The notes beneath the pieces are model-generated. The model was not told the DNA's origin, made no database searches, and worked only from the letters and a program-made list of their open reading frames with translations. Of a DNA stretch of 64,000 bases, positions 46,302 to 56,827 are shown piece by piece (position 1 is the stretch's first letter; each line of letters opens with the position of its first letter). The stretch covers positions 212,033 through 276,032 of IMG/VR virus record IMGVR_UViG_3300005289_000016. One strand, 5' to 3'. The position numbers and the translations under genes were made by a program.

Positions 46302-47098
46302 TAGCTACCTCCATCGAAGCGAGGAGTTTTGAGGGTCGTGCCTCCGCCCTGTAGCGTGAAGATACTGCCACCCCCATTGAGGGTGATCTTCTTGGCTTTG
46401 ACATCGACGTTCGCATCAGCGGTCAAGCCGATGTTCTTCGGAGCGTACCCATTGATGTCCTGCTTGTTCAGCTCAAGGAACGCACCCAGCATGTTCTTGA
46501 GAAGGATGTGGGTGTTCTTGGTATCAAACAGGATGTGGTTACCTTTGTCGTCTTGGATAACGATCTTGCCAGATGCCATGTCGAACTGTACGTCGTACGT
46601 GCAGAACTCACCATTCTTCTTGCTGGTGCTCAGGGTGATCATCTTCTTGTGAGAGGACCACTCAATGAAGTACATGTTCTCTGGATCGTTACCGTCCTGC
46701 CCTTCGTTAGGGTTGGCGTTGATCCCAAAGACCACCGTTTCCAAACGACGCAGGTGATCATCCAGACCAAAGACCCGCCAGTAGTACTTTTCGTTACTGC
46801 CGAACTGGTAGATCTTGATCCGTTCACCACGGCGGATGTTCGGTGGGGTTTTACGGTTGCTGTCGGGTATCCATGTTGCTGGATGGTTACCGGACACGAA
46901 GGCTACACCACTGCTTTCTTTACCGTCACTGTTCTGGTGATCGTATTCCATGGCATCGACGCGATCCACGGTCTCACCGTCTTGAAAGCCAAGTTTCTCA
47001 TGGGGGTTCACCATCAATTCGACGGACCCCAACTTGAGGTTTTCAGCCGCGGTGCCAACGGCCACCAAACGGAACATACTGGCGGAGTTATCCTGCAT
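46301..47098 (-). CDS. Baseplate central spike (gpV/gp5-like)
   Basis: N-terminal OB-like domain (TPPNIRRGERIKIY) and C-terminal beta-helix repeats (IVIQDDKGNHILFD); upstream of PAAR. Confidence 0.75.
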   Translation of the reverse strand: MQDNSASMFRLVAVGTAAENLKLGSVELMVNPHEKLGFQDGETVDRVDAMEYDHQNSDGKESSGVAFVSGNHPATWIPDSNRKTPPNIRRGERIKIYQFGSNEKYYWRVFGLDDHLRRLETVVFGINANPNEGQDGNDPENMYFIEWSSHKKMITLSTSKKNGEFCTYDVQFDMASGKIVIQDDKGNHILFDTKNTHILLKNMLGAFLELNKQDINGYAPKNIGLTADANVDVKAKKITLNGGGSIFTLQGGGTTLKTPRFDGGS

Positions 47099-47163
47099 AG
47101 ACACCTCTTGTTAAAATGAAACACTGCGACCTATCCTACAGAATTAGGGGAAGGACCTAGCTA

Positions 47164-49647
47164 ATGTTTATTTCTGAATTGGTCTTACACCGCTGTAAGC
47201 GTTTTTATCTAAAGGGGATTGACACCCTAAGGATCAACCCAAGCCTCAAGACCCAGATCATCCTGGGTACTAACGGTTCGGGTAAGTCGAGTCTGCTCAA
47301 GGTAGGGTTCAGTGTCCTACCGGGCGATAAGGACGACTTTGAGAAGGGTGGCTACAAGTACATCAAGGTGCTGAACAACGGTCGGGTCTATGAGTTGCGT
47401 AGTGATTACTCAGGCAAGGCCATGTCGCACAGTTTCAAGGTTTGGATCAACGATGAAGAGTTCGAAGAGCTGAACGAGGGCCACACCGGTGCCGTCCAAC
47501 GTGAACTGGTGCGTGAACACTTCGGCATGACCAGTGATCTGCACAGTGTCCTGACCGGGCAACTGAAGTTCACTGAGATGACAGCTATCCAACGTCGTGA
47601 GTGGATCACTCTGCTCTCCTCTGCGGACTTCGATTACGTCATCAAGCTGCACGGTCGTATCAAACGTGCCGTACGGGACACCGCAGCCGTCATCAAGCAC
47701 CTCTCTGGTCGTCTGGTTAGTGAGACAGTCAAGAAGATTGACGATGTAACCTTCCAGAACCTGCGTCAGCAGTCGGCAGACGTGTACAACAAGCTGATGA
47801 AGCTCCATCAGCACTCCAAGCGTGACGGGTTGGCTCCAAGCTTTGCCCATTACGAGCGTGAGTACCATGAATTGCTGTCGGACATCGACGGTCTCTTGCA
47901 ACGAACCAAGTATCTGAAGGGTTCTGCTCCAGGGATCGTCAAGGACGTCGACAACGAGGCTGTCGTCCAACTCAAGGATAGCCTCAAGTCTCGTGTGCAA
48001 ATGCTTGAGGCGGCCTTACAGGAGGTCTCAGAGCGTCATCACGAGATCGACAAGCAACTTCATGACATGTCCGAGCTGGAGGAGATCAATCCGAAGGAAT
48101 TGGCGGACATGATCACTGCTCTCTGCGACCAGAGACAGGAACTGATCGCTAAATTCCGTCTGGTTAAGGAAGGGCATCGCATCCCGGTCAGTGAGTACTG
48201 CTTCCCGATCATCAATGAAGTGATGAACCTGCTCCATGGGGTCAACATTCAAGATGACACGTACCTTGACCGTACCGTGTACGCCGCCAAGCAGCGCGAA
48301 TTGGCCGAACATCAGAACAACATGATGAAAGGGCAGTCACGGATCGGGGAATTGGAGTATCGCCTCGAACATATCCGCAACTGCAAGTCCACTCAGTGCC
48401 CGAACTGCAACCATTCCTTCAAGGAAGGGGTCAATGCCAGTGAGGAAGACGAGATTAAAGCCTCGTTGTCCAAGGGTTACTCCTTCCGCACCTCGGTGCA
48501 GGAGAAGATTGACGACATCGTCAAGTGGATCAATGAAGCGAATGCCGCTGGTGAGGGATTATACGCTCTCCAACAGATCCGTGATCGCAATCCTGACCTC
48601 GATGAGCTGTGGCAAGTCATCAACATCAACGGTGGCTTCCGTTTAGGGCGTGCACAGATCCCGTTGTGTACCCAGTTCATGGGTGACGTACGGACCAACA
48701 TGGCCATTGCGGACCTTGAGCGGGAATTGCACCCGCTGCGGGAACGTGAAGCAGCTTTGGCGAAGATGGACAAGTCGGGTCACCTGCGTGAAGTGGCCAA
48801 CTCCTTGGGTGATCGGGTCATTGACCTCAAGACTCACCTCATGGATGCTCGTGAGACCTTGAAAGAGGTAGAGCAATTCCATGCCCGCATGACCGAGGCA
48901 CGTGAAATCAGCAAGACCATCGAGATGGGCATGACTCGCCTCGATGAATTGATGACCAACATGACCAAGTTCGTGGCGGTGGAGGAAGTAGAGGCACAAG
49001 TCAAGCGTCACCAAGTGCAGTTGGGCATGCTGGAACAGTCGTTGGCTGAGGCTGAAGTCCAGATGGGCATCATCAATGACCTGAACCGGTCGCTGGACGA
49101 TGCTCGTGCTGAAGAGGAAGCGCTGATTCAGTTGGAGAAACTCCTGTCTCCTAAAGACGGGATCATTGCCGAGCAGATCATGGTGTTCATTAACACCTTT
49201 ATTGCTGGGATCAACGACGTCATTGCTAAGGTATGGGGTTACAACCTTGCGTTGGACACCTGCAACCTTGAAGGCGGTGAGCTGGACTACAAGTTTCCCA
49301 TCTACGTTCACTCCTCGGACAACACCATCCCGGACATCAAGTACGGGTCGGACAGTCAGGTCGACATTGTCAACCAGGCATTCATCTTGGTGGTGTACAA
49401 GTTCCTTGAATTGCAGCACTTCCCGCTGTACCTCGATGAACTGGGACGGACGTTCGATGAAGTCCACCGTCTGAACCTCACTCTGGCCATCAAAGAACTG
49501 ATTGACGACGACACCTACTCACAGGTGTTCTTCATCAGTCACTCCTTCGAGAGTCAGAACAGCTACCCTAACAGCCAGCTTGTGGTCATTGATGATTCAC
49601 ACGTCTCGCTGAAGAGGTCGTACAACGAGCATGTGGAGATTACGTGA
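47164..49647 (+). CDS. sbcC: SbcC/Rad50-like SMC ATPase
   Basis: Walker A GTNGSGKSS; central zinc-hook CPNC within coiled coil; YGSDSQ signature; Walker B YLDELG; ISH. Confidence 0.85.
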   Translation: MFISELVLHRCKRFYLKGIDTLRINPSLKTQIILGTNGSGKSSLLKVGFSVLPGDKDDFEKGGYKYIKVLNNGRVYELRSDYSGKAMSHSFKVWINDEEFEELNEGHTGAVQRELVREHFGMTSDLHSVLTGQLKFTEMTAIQRREWITLLSSADFDYVIKLHGRIKRAVRDTAAVIKHLSGRLVSETVKKIDDVTFQNLRQQSADVYNKLMKLHQHSKRDGLAPSFAHYEREYHELLSDIDGLLQRTKYLKGSAPGIVKDVDNEAVVQLKDSLKSRVQMLEAALQEVSERHHEIDKQLHDMSELEEINPKELADMITALCDQRQELIAKFRLVKEGHRIPVSEYCFPIINEVMNLLHGVNIQDDTYLDRTVYAAKQRELAEHQNNMMKGQSRIGELEYRLEHIRNCKSTQCPNCNHSFKEGVNASEEDEIKASLSKGYSFRTSVQEKIDDIVKWINEANAAGEGLYALQQIRDRNPDLDELWQVININGGFRLGRAQIPLCTQFMGDVRTNMAIADLERELHPLREREAALAKMDKSGHLREVANSLGDRVIDLKTHLMDARETLKEVEQFHARMTEAREISKTIEMGMTRLDELMTNMTKFVAVEEVEAQVKRHQVQLGMLEQSLAEAEVQMGIINDLNRSLDDARAEEEALIQLEKLLSPKDGIIAEQIMVFINTFIAGINDVIAKVWGYNLALDTCNLEGGELDYKFPIYVHSSDNTIPDIKYGSDSQVDIVNQAFILVVYKFLELQHFPLYLDELGRTFDEVHRLNLTLAIKELIDDDTYSQVFFISHSFESQNSYPNSQLVVIDDSHVSLKRSYNEHVEIT

Positions 49648-49988
49648 TGAAGATTCACGAACACACGGTGCAGTTCTTCATCGGGGCTGCCACCATGGGA
49701 GAGGGCACAGGTAAGTGGTCTGCTCCAGGGCGTGACTTGACTTACCTGTACCGTCGGCAGTGGGCACCGGGCCGTTGCTGCTCCATTGAACCCAGTGTAG
49801 CCGAGTGGATACAGTTCGGCTGCATGGTCGGTTACGTGGAAGGGCAAGGCATGCGCTTGATGCACGTGAAAGACTTCGCCCAACACTTCGGTGAAGGTCG
49901 ATTGGTCAAACTCCTGTCCAGTTCTCCAGGTACCTACCTGAAAGAATCCAAGGATGAGATCCTCGACACGTTAGGCTGTCCACGGTGA
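49647..49988 (+). CDS. Hypothetical protein
   Basis: 113 aa; coupled to the sbcC stop. Confidence 0.6.
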   Translation: MKIHEHTVQFFIGAATMGEGTGKWSAPGRDLTYLYRRQWAPGRCCSIEPSVAEWIQFGCMVGYVEGQGMRLMHVKDFAQHFGEGRLVKLLSSSPGTYLKESKDEILDTLGCPR

Positions 49989-49993
49989 TGCGA

Positions 49994-50025
49994 CATAGAG
50001 AGCGGGCCTAGGCCCGCTCTCTATG
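49994..50025. terminator. Perfect 32-bp palindrome / bidirectional terminator
   Basis: catagagagcgggcctaggcccgctctctatg is its own reverse complement. Confidence 0.85.
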
Positions 50026-50028
50026 CTG

Positions 50029-51384
50029 TCAGTCCAGCGTTGGCTCGCCGGTGCTGTTGCCTTCCAGGGTTGCATCGGTCGCAGAGTACTTCGACGCCAC
50101 GATCAACTGGAACCGGTCCACGGTGCAGGAGACGTACAGCACGCCTTCACGTACCAGACGCGAGAACTTCACTGGGATGGCCGAGTCCGGAGTCATGTCT
50201 TCTGCCACTGCCAACATCTCAGCGAGGGTCAGAACGAAACGACGGGTCTCAGGGTTCATCCGCATGAAGTCGAGGCTGGTCGAGTCCACGTTGATGTAGT
50301 CGTAGAACCGTTGGTCGAAGCTGATGATACCGTCACGGTTGTGAGGTCCGCCAGTCACGGCCACGCTGATTGCCTTGTGGCTTGCGCCGAAGACTGTCGC
50401 GTTACCATCGATGTAGGTGTCGGTGTAACCTTCACCACGCACCAGACGGATCAGCTCTGCCTTGCCGTAGTTGAAGTTCACGTACGAGGCGTACAGGCCC
50501 GACTCCAGTTCCCGGTTGGGGATGGAGTACTTGTTCCACATCGGCACGAACACGAATTCGGTCGAGGTGAAGATCTCTGGGAAGATCGCAGCCCATTCGT
50601 CCTTGGTATGGGTCGAGTGAGCCAGGATGTAATCGCGCAGGGCTTCCTTGATGGCGTCGACGTTGTTACCGGCGATACCATAGACCATCGGGGTCCAGTA
50701 GGTAGCAATGCGACGAGTCTTGTCCGCAGGATCAACCGGGTCGAACCACTCGTACATTGGACCACTGATGAAGGACTCAGGGTACTTCTCACGAATCGCC
50801 TGAACCTTCTCCATCTTGAGGTCGTGGGTCTCAGCAGCGAGTGCAGAGATCACAGCTGTACGGCCCAAGAAGAACACGTCCAACTCTTCAACAGGCGGCA
50901 CCACTTCGATGTGGTACTCGTCGTATTGTTGCTCGAACACGTCAGACGAGAACCACAGCTTGTACTGGAGTTCGTCGTTGGCAATGTCACGGATCTCGAT
51001 CACCGTCGGCATCCAGATGCCCGGAGTCGCTTGAACCATGGCGCCAGTGGTGTAGATCGAGTACTTGGCATTCCAGCGCTGCACAAAGGCTACGCGGAAG
51101 GATTCGCTGCTCGAGTTGAACTTGTTGGCCAGTGCCGATTCGTAGGCCCACTTACAGACAGCCAGCAGGTCCTGAGCCACGATGCCATTGACTTGTTCTT
51201 CTACGTTGTCACGCTTGCTCGAGAAGGCAATCAAGGTGTAGCCCGGGGAGGCTGCCGAGTTCAACTTCTCTTTGTTTCGCCCGTAGGTAAAGCCACGATC
51301 AGACAGTTCCCCGATCGGTGCCACGATGTCGACCGTGTTGTCAATCAACGCGGCGATTTGGCAAAATGCCTTGAGTTTATACAT
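50029..51384 (-). CDS. Conserved virion structural protein
   Basis: 451 aa from ATG 51384 after GGAG; strong codon bias. Confidence 0.65.
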   Translation of the reverse strand: MYKLKAFCQIAALIDNTVDIVAPIGELSDRGFTYGRNKEKLNSAASPGYTLIAFSSKRDNVEEQVNGIVAQDLLAVCKWAYESALANKFNSSSESFRVAFVQRWNAKYSIYTTGAMVQATPGIWMPTVIEIRDIANDELQYKLWFSSDVFEQQYDEYHIEVVPPVEELDVFFLGRTAVISALAAETHDLKMEKVQAIREKYPESFISGPMYEWFDPVDPADKTRRIATYWTPMVYGIAGNNVDAIKEALRDYILAHSTHTKDEWAAIFPEIFTSTEFVFVPMWNKYSIPNRELESGLYASYVNFNYGKAELIRLVRGEGYTDTYIDGNATVFGASHKAISVAVTGGPHNRDGIISFDQRFYDYINVDSTSLDFMRMNPETRRFVLTLAEMLAVAEDMTPDSAIPVKFSRLVREGVLYVSCTVDRFQLIVASKYSATDATLEGNSTGEPTLD

Positions 51385-51467
51385 GTCTATCTCCGTGCTG
51401 ATTGCCACGTACACTATGACAATCGTTAAATAAAACTCGGAACGTCCATACCATTTTAGGGAATAAG

Positions 51468-51905
51468 ATGATAACGCTCTTTAAGGTGCTCAAAGCGCTC
51501 TTCCGCTTCATCCGGGAGATTTGGTTGCGCGATCGTACCTTCCGGCAGTTTGTCCGAGAGAACCTTTCCTTAATCGTTACGACTGTAGGTTTCGTGATCA
51601 TGACCCTCATGTTCATTCACGTTTACTTCATCGTGACGGATCAAGAAGATGTGATCGCTGAGCACGAACGTGCCCAGGCTGCCATGAAGAAGGAGATAGA
51701 GGAACAAATCCCGTTCCTCACCGAACGCATGAACTGGTACCGGGATCGGTATTACGAACTCAAATCCAAACCTCCTGCACAACCTGCCACCACGGGGCCA
51801 CCAGTGCCCCAGAAACCTCAACCAAAACCGCCGGAAGAAAAGCCGGCTGTGATCCGCCCGCCAAACAACGATCTCACCGAACGTTGGAAGCGGCTTAGCC
51901 AATAG
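51468..51905 (+). CDS. Putative inner-membrane spanin (i-spanin, Rz-like)
   Basis: Single N-terminal TM (LIVTTVGFVIMTLMFIHVYFIV), coiled coil and Pro-rich linker; precedes a lipoprotein. Confidence 0.55.
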   Translation: MITLFKVLKALFRFIREIWLRDRTFRQFVRENLSLIVTTVGFVIMTLMFIHVYFIVTDQEDVIAEHERAQAAMKKEIEEQIPFLTERMNWYRDRYYELKSKPPAQPATTGPPVPQKPQPKPPEEKPAVIRPPNNDLTERWKRLSQ

Positions 51906-51913
51906 GTTCAACC

Positions 51914-52285
51914 ATGATGATTGCTGATTTAGTGAAGGGAAGCAAGATTTTCCATCTGGGCTGGATTTGCGTGTTCCTTGGATCGTGCACGTACATACAG
52001 ACAACAGACAACCGCACTATGATGTTCTCGTTTGAGTTGCCCGCTGACGAGGCCAAACCTACCTGCGGTGAGTTCAAACGCACGGTCTACCTGCAACACG
52101 TTCGCCCTGCATTCCCCAAGGTAGACATCTCCAAGCTCACCCCGGAAGAGGTCAATGACGTCCTGCTGGCTCATGCTGAGAAAGTCAAGGCGTACATGGA
52201 CCATGAAGAACAGTATCTGCGGGAAGACATCTCGCGGCACAATACCAGATGTGCTCGAAATACCAGCAATGTTTTTCAGAAATAA
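51914..52285 (+). CDS. Putative outer-membrane spanin lipoprotein (o-spanin, Rz1-like)
   Basis: Signal peptide with lipobox LGS-C; two further Cys residues. Confidence 0.55.
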   Translation: MMIADLVKGSKIFHLGWICVFLGSCTYIQTTDNRTMMFSFELPADEAKPTCGEFKRTVYLQHVRPAFPKVDISKLTPEEVNDVLLAHAEKVKAYMDHEEQYLREDISRHNTRCARNTSNVFQK

Positions 52286-52343
52286 TCCGGTGTATAACAT
52301 GAGCACTGTGACGAGTGCCAACATTACTACAAGGGTGCAGTAA

Positions 52344-53843
52344 ATGACGGATGTTAAGGAAAGCCCAGCATCCGTCGGGTACAATGGGGTTCTGTACGCC
52401 GACGGTGGGTTTTATAGCAATGAACGCGCTGGGGGGTGGGGTTTACACGGTTACGTGTACACAGCGGACTCGTTGCCGGATAAAGCCCGTGGAAGTGGTG
52501 TGCCTGGTTCGACACCAACGGCCAATGGCTACTCCGACACGAAGGATGAGCAAAAGGCCGTCAATATCCTCAATTACATCGACAGCTTCGGTGGGGTGCC
52601 TAAAGCAGGCAGCAACAACCACACTGAGCTTCTTGCCGCTAAGGAGGCACTGACTTACGTCCTTGAGAAGGGACTGAATGAAACGATCATCTACTCGGAC
52701 TCCGAGTACGTGGTCAAAGGCGTGAACAAGTATCTCGACACCTGGAAGAAGGCTGGGTTCAGAAAGCCAGATGGTGAAGAGCGGGCTAACAAAGCCGATT
52801 GGTTGGCTGTGGACTCGTTACTGACCCAATTGCGGGACAGGAACAACAAAGTCACCCTAGCGTGGATCAAAGGTCACAACGGCCACACTGGGAATGAGAA
52901 GGCAGACGGTTGGGCTGGTAAAGGCAACAGTCTGGGCCTCAACGGTTACAACCTGACGTACAAGTTGGAAAACCAGCCGGAAGGGTATTGGAAGGCAACC
53001 AGTACTTACAACCGGATGTTTGATCAGCCCAAGTGGTATTTCAGTTCCGATGCAATGGAGCGCCGTGTCTCAAAGGACGGTCGCCACGTTTACTGGACTG
53101 GTCAGCATGGTGATGATGAAGACATCGCCAAACCACAATCCGACTCCAGCAACGCCGTCCTCTATCTCAAAGAGGAAGTCGAAGTCCTGGAAAAGGTACG
53201 TGGACACTTCGTGAAGATGGACAGCAGTCAAGTAGGGCATCTGTTCGTAGGCGCCCTGCGCAACATCCTGAACGCCGGTACCACCGAAGACATCATGCGC
53301 TTCGGCATGGACGTGCTCAGGCGTAACAAGGCCAACTGGAGTCTCCAGACCGAGAAGAAGATGCCGGTCATTCACCACGTCACGCCTACTGGGCTGTCCT
53401 ACTACAACGTAGACAACCTGGAATGTATGACCGTGATCCTCGACCAGTTCATGGAAGGGGATAAGTCGGTGATCTGCACCGATTTGACCGACCTACTATA
53501 TGAAGCCGTGGAAAAGAAGGCAGTGGTCACGCGCAAGTTGCGCAAGGAAATCACCTCAGCGGTGAAACACCTTGATGTGAACGTGGATTACAACACTGGC
53601 TTCGCCCGCGAGCTGAGGGCGATGGACGAGGTCCCGACGACGAAGACGAAAGTCCGACTCATCGTGGGTTCCGACATCATTGGTCGAAATGCGCTGTCGG
53701 CGCTCGCAGATGTAGTCAAGCGAGTGGTGGCCTTGACCTGGCGTGAATCTGATTCGGTGATCCGTTACGCAACTATTATCGAGACAGAGCACGACATTGG
53801 AATCTGGGCCAACCCGTTCGGCAATTTCAAACTTGTGAACTAA
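52344..53843 (+). CDS. rnhA: Ribonuclease HI with C-terminal extension (phiKZ gp155-like)
   Basis: YADGG, NNHTEL, YSDSEYV and WIKGHNGHTGNEKAD. Confidence 0.9.
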   Translation: MTDVKESPASVGYNGVLYADGGFYSNERAGGWGLHGYVYTADSLPDKARGSGVPGSTPTANGYSDTKDEQKAVNILNYIDSFGGVPKAGSNNHTELLAAKEALTYVLEKGLNETIIYSDSEYVVKGVNKYLDTWKKAGFRKPDGEERANKADWLAVDSLLTQLRDRNNKVTLAWIKGHNGHTGNEKADGWAGKGNSLGLNGYNLTYKLENQPEGYWKATSTYNRMFDQPKWYFSSDAMERRVSKDGRHVYWTGQHGDDEDIAKPQSDSSNAVLYLKEEVEVLEKVRGHFVKMDSSQVGHLFVGALRNILNAGTTEDIMRFGMDVLRRNKANWSLQTEKKMPVIHHVTPTGLSYYNVDNLECMTVILDQFMEGDKSVICTDLTDLLYEAVEKKAVVTRKLRKEITSAVKHLDVNVDYNTGFARELRAMDEVPTTKTKVRLIVGSDIIGRNALSALADVVKRVVALTWRESDSVIRYATIIETEHDIGIWANPFGNFKLVN

Positions 53844-53853
53844 GGGCTCGGCT

Positions 53854-54234
53854 ATGTACCGATCTGTTGCGATAAACCAATCACACGGATTTTGGGTCTC
53901 TATCAAGCGGACATTGTTCGTGGTGAGTCTCTACTTCCGTCTGATTCGGAACTACGACCCTGACGATTCCCTACTCGCAGAGTTCAACAAGCTTTTCTAC
54001 CTGGTCAATGACCCGCGGTCCCTTTCCTTCCCAGCCATGGCGGCTCGGGTGCTTTGGAAAGGACCAAAGATCGATCAGGTAGTGAAGTGCTGCGATGACG
54101 GTGATTACAAACAGGCGGTGGAACTGGTGTATGGAACAATGCCCAAGTGGTTACGCTACCTGGACAGGGAAACCATGTGCCGCGACGTTGAACGCGTTCT
54201 TCGTCAATCGCAGCACCACGAAAGATTGGCATGA
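53854..54234 (+). CDS. Hypothetical protein
   Basis: 126 aa; followed by a terminator. Confidence 0.6.
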   Translation: MYRSVAINQSHGFWVSIKRTLFVVSLYFRLIRNYDPDDSLLAEFNKLFYLVNDPRSLSFPAMAARVLWKGPKIDQVVKCCDDGDYKQAVELVYGTMPKWLRYLDRETMCRDVERVLRQSQHHERLA

Positions 54235-54239
54235 CGCAG

Positions 54240-54280
54240 CATAGATGGGAGGGACTCGTGCCCTCCCATCGACCTTTATG
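54240..54280. terminator. Bidirectional terminator
   Basis: gatgggaggg-actcgtg-ccctcccatc flanked by cata and tttatg. Confidence 0.75.
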
Positions 54281-54287
54281 CGCGGTG

Positions 54288-55124
54288 TTATTTTTTCAGT
54301 TCTTTGACGCTGTCTTTCAGTGCTTCGGAGAACTGACGGATACGGAACAACAGCACGCCGTAGGATTCCATTTCCTTGGCGATCTGTAGAGTGATGTCGA
54401 TCAGCTCTTGAACGCCGGCCTTCGAGACGCGGGCATTGCTTTCAACGTACGGCATGAGCTTCTCGGACAGCTCCATGGAGCGCTGTACCGCTGCCAGCGA
54501 CTTGGCCGCAGGGTGGGCTTTGTCCTTGGCGATCGCGTCGTTGATGTTGTTGTGCACGGCGCGGATGTCAGCACCACGTTCTACCACAGCACCGAGGGTG
54601 CGGGTGATGTTGTTGCTGTTACCGTCGAAGTAGTTCTTGCCGATGTCGACCATGGTGCTGGTGAGCCCCAGATCGGTCGGACCGCTGTAACCAATGCCGG
54701 AGGCCGATTCCAAGAGCACTGGATCGTTTGCCAACTGGCCCAAGGTCTCGTTGAAGCAACGGATCATGTATTCGGTTTTAACCGCACGACCCATGGCATC
54801 GTTCAGCAATGCCGAGTAAGGCAGCCACAGACCGATGAAGCCTTCAGGAACGATCACGTTCTTGTTAGCAGCATCGACGAAGCCGACCTTGCCTACGAAC
54901 GAATCCATGTCACTGGAGAACAGCTTGACGCCGGCCAGGAATGGCAACTTCATAGCGTTGAAGAAGGTACCGGCACGTTTGAAGAACTGACCGAAGCGTT
55001 GCTTCGAGTCAATGGTGAAGGTGGGTGCGGAGGCGTGTTCCATGGAGATGACACGTGCAAGGTTCTGCAAGTCTTCCATGGAAACGGTGTCGAGGGCGGT
55101 TTGGTAGTCGGTGGTCATCCACAT
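54288..55124 (-). CDS. Putative internal head protein with S-M-E propeptide sites
   Basis: VSMED and ISMEH near the N-terminus; TATGAA 27 nt upstream. Confidence 0.6.
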   Translation of the reverse strand: MWMTTDYQTALDTVSMEDLQNLARVISMEHASAPTFTIDSKQRFGQFFKRAGTFFNAMKLPFLAGVKLFSSDMDSFVGKVGFVDAANKNVIVPEGFIGLWLPYSALLNDAMGRAVKTEYMIRCFNETLGQLANDPVLLESASGIGYSGPTDLGLTSTMVDIGKNYFDGNSNNITRTLGAVVERGADIRAVHNNINDAIAKDKAHPAAKSLAAVQRSMELSEKLMPYVESNARVSKAGVQELIDITLQIAKEMESYGVLLFRIRQFSEALKDSVKELKK

Positions 55125-55199
55125 GGCTCCGTGTTAAAAGAAAGTAGTTTTTCATATCGTTTGCGCACAACCGAACCTCTTTCAGATGGAAATGAGTCA

Positions 55200-56765
55200 A
55201 TGTCTAACAACCCTTTTGCCATGTTCAAGAAGGCTCCGTCGATTCGTCCCATGTGGAACATCGGCGCGCTCTTCGACATCCAGACCGGTAAGTATTACAA
55301 GGGCAAGCACGGCGAGTCGATCCTGTGTGGTGGTCTCAACCACTTCACCGGCGTAGCTGGCTTGCCCAACATGTTCAAAACGGTGATCTCGCTGTTCCAG
55401 CAAGGTTCCGTAATGAACAGGGTCTCACTGGCCATTATGATGGCGCATGACTCAGAGAATACGCTGTCACCCGGCCGTATCATGAACGTATTCCGTCAGT
55501 TCCCTGAACTGTTCGGTATCGATCTGGTCGAGAGTGGCCGTCTCCTGTTCACCGACGCAACCGTGTACAACGGTAACGAATGGTGGAACGTCATGCGCGA
55601 GTACGGTGAAAGCCGTCGCAAAGACAAGTCGATCCTGATCACCACCCCGTTCGTTGACGAGAGTAGTGGCGAACTGATCAAGATCCCAAGTCCTACCCTG
55701 TCGTTCCTCGACTCCTTGTCTGGTCTCCAGACTGAAGGTGTCATGAACATGTACGACAAGGGCGACATCGGTAACAAAGAGCTGAACATGGTGGCCATGA
55801 AGGCTGCCGGTGCAAAGAGCCAGCTCATCGACCAAGTGACGTCGGTGACCAGTGGCTCCGGTCTTCTGCTGACCATGACTGCGCACGTTGGTCAAGAATA
55901 CCAGCTCGACATGTACAAGCCGAACGTGAAGCGCCTGAAGTTCCTCAAGGGCGACTTGAAGATGAAGAAGGTCCCAGAGAACTTCTCCTTCCTCACGGCC
56001 AACTGCTGGTACTGCGTGTCCCTCCAGCCTCTTCTGGATGGCGACAAGCAGCCTGAATACCCACGCGATGACGAAGACGATCTGAAAGGCGATACCGACC
56101 TGATCTGCATCACGTTGGTGAACCTGCGTGGCAAGTCCGGTCCATCCGGCATTCCGTTCGAAGTGGTGGTGTCTCAGTCCGAAGGCCTCAAGCCAGAGCT
56201 GACTGAGTTCAGCTACTGCAAAGGCTTCGAGTACTTCGGTATCTCGGACAAGGACGGTAACAAGGCGAAGGGTAAACCGAACTTCCGCCTTGATCTGTAC
56301 CCGCAACAGAACCTGACCCGTAAAACGGTCCGTACCCTGCTGGAAACCGATTCTCGTCTGGCTCGCGCCATGAACATCACAGCCGAGATGTGCATGATGC
56401 GTAACCTGTGGCACGATCTGGAAGAGGGCCTGCTGTGCACTCCGAAAGAACTGTACGACGACATCGTCAAAGCAGGCTACGACTGGGATCTGCTGTTGGA
56501 CAGCCGTGGCTTCTGGCTGCCGTTGGAAGAGAAAGGTACCTACGCCGACTTGCCGTTCCTGTCGACCATGGACCTGCTCAACATGCGTGCGGGCACTTAC
56601 CGTCCGTACTGGTACGATGCAGCCGTCAAGGCCAAGGGCATCGCTACCAAGGCTGTAGAAGTTGCTGCCGGTAAACCTTCGGAACAGCCTGATCTTCCGA
56701 AGCCGGTAACTGGTGCCGATCTGTTGAAGAAGATCGCTGCCCGTCAGGAAGCGAAAGTTTCCTAA
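55200..56765 (+). CDS. uvsX: UvsX/RecA-like recombinase (phiKZ gp152-like)
   Basis: 521 aa from ATG 55200; GVAGLPNMFKT (Walker A), HDSE, FLDSLS and MTAHVG. Confidence 0.8.
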   Translation: MSNNPFAMFKKAPSIRPMWNIGALFDIQTGKYYKGKHGESILCGGLNHFTGVAGLPNMFKTVISLFQQGSVMNRVSLAIMMAHDSENTLSPGRIMNVFRQFPELFGIDLVESGRLLFTDATVYNGNEWWNVMREYGESRRKDKSILITTPFVDESSGELIKIPSPTLSFLDSLSGLQTEGVMNMYDKGDIGNKELNMVAMKAAGAKSQLIDQVTSVTSGSGLLLTMTAHVGQEYQLDMYKPNVKRLKFLKGDLKMKKVPENFSFLTANCWYCVSLQPLLDGDKQPEYPRDDEDDLKGDTDLICITLVNLRGKSGPSGIPFEVVVSQSEGLKPELTEFSYCKGFEYFGISDKDGNKAKGKPNFRLDLYPQQNLTRKTVRTLLETDSRLARAMNITAEMCMMRNLWHDLEEGLLCTPKELYDDIVKAGYDWDLLLDSRGFWLPLEEKGTYADLPFLSTMDLLNMRAGTYRPYWYDAAVKAKGIATKAVEVAAGKPSEQPDLPKPVTGADLLKKIAARQEAKVS

Positions 56766-56827
56766 TCATCTGAGGCCGGTGTGCGCAAGCCGCCGGCCTC
56801 TATCCCACAATCCTTGGAGACACTCTC

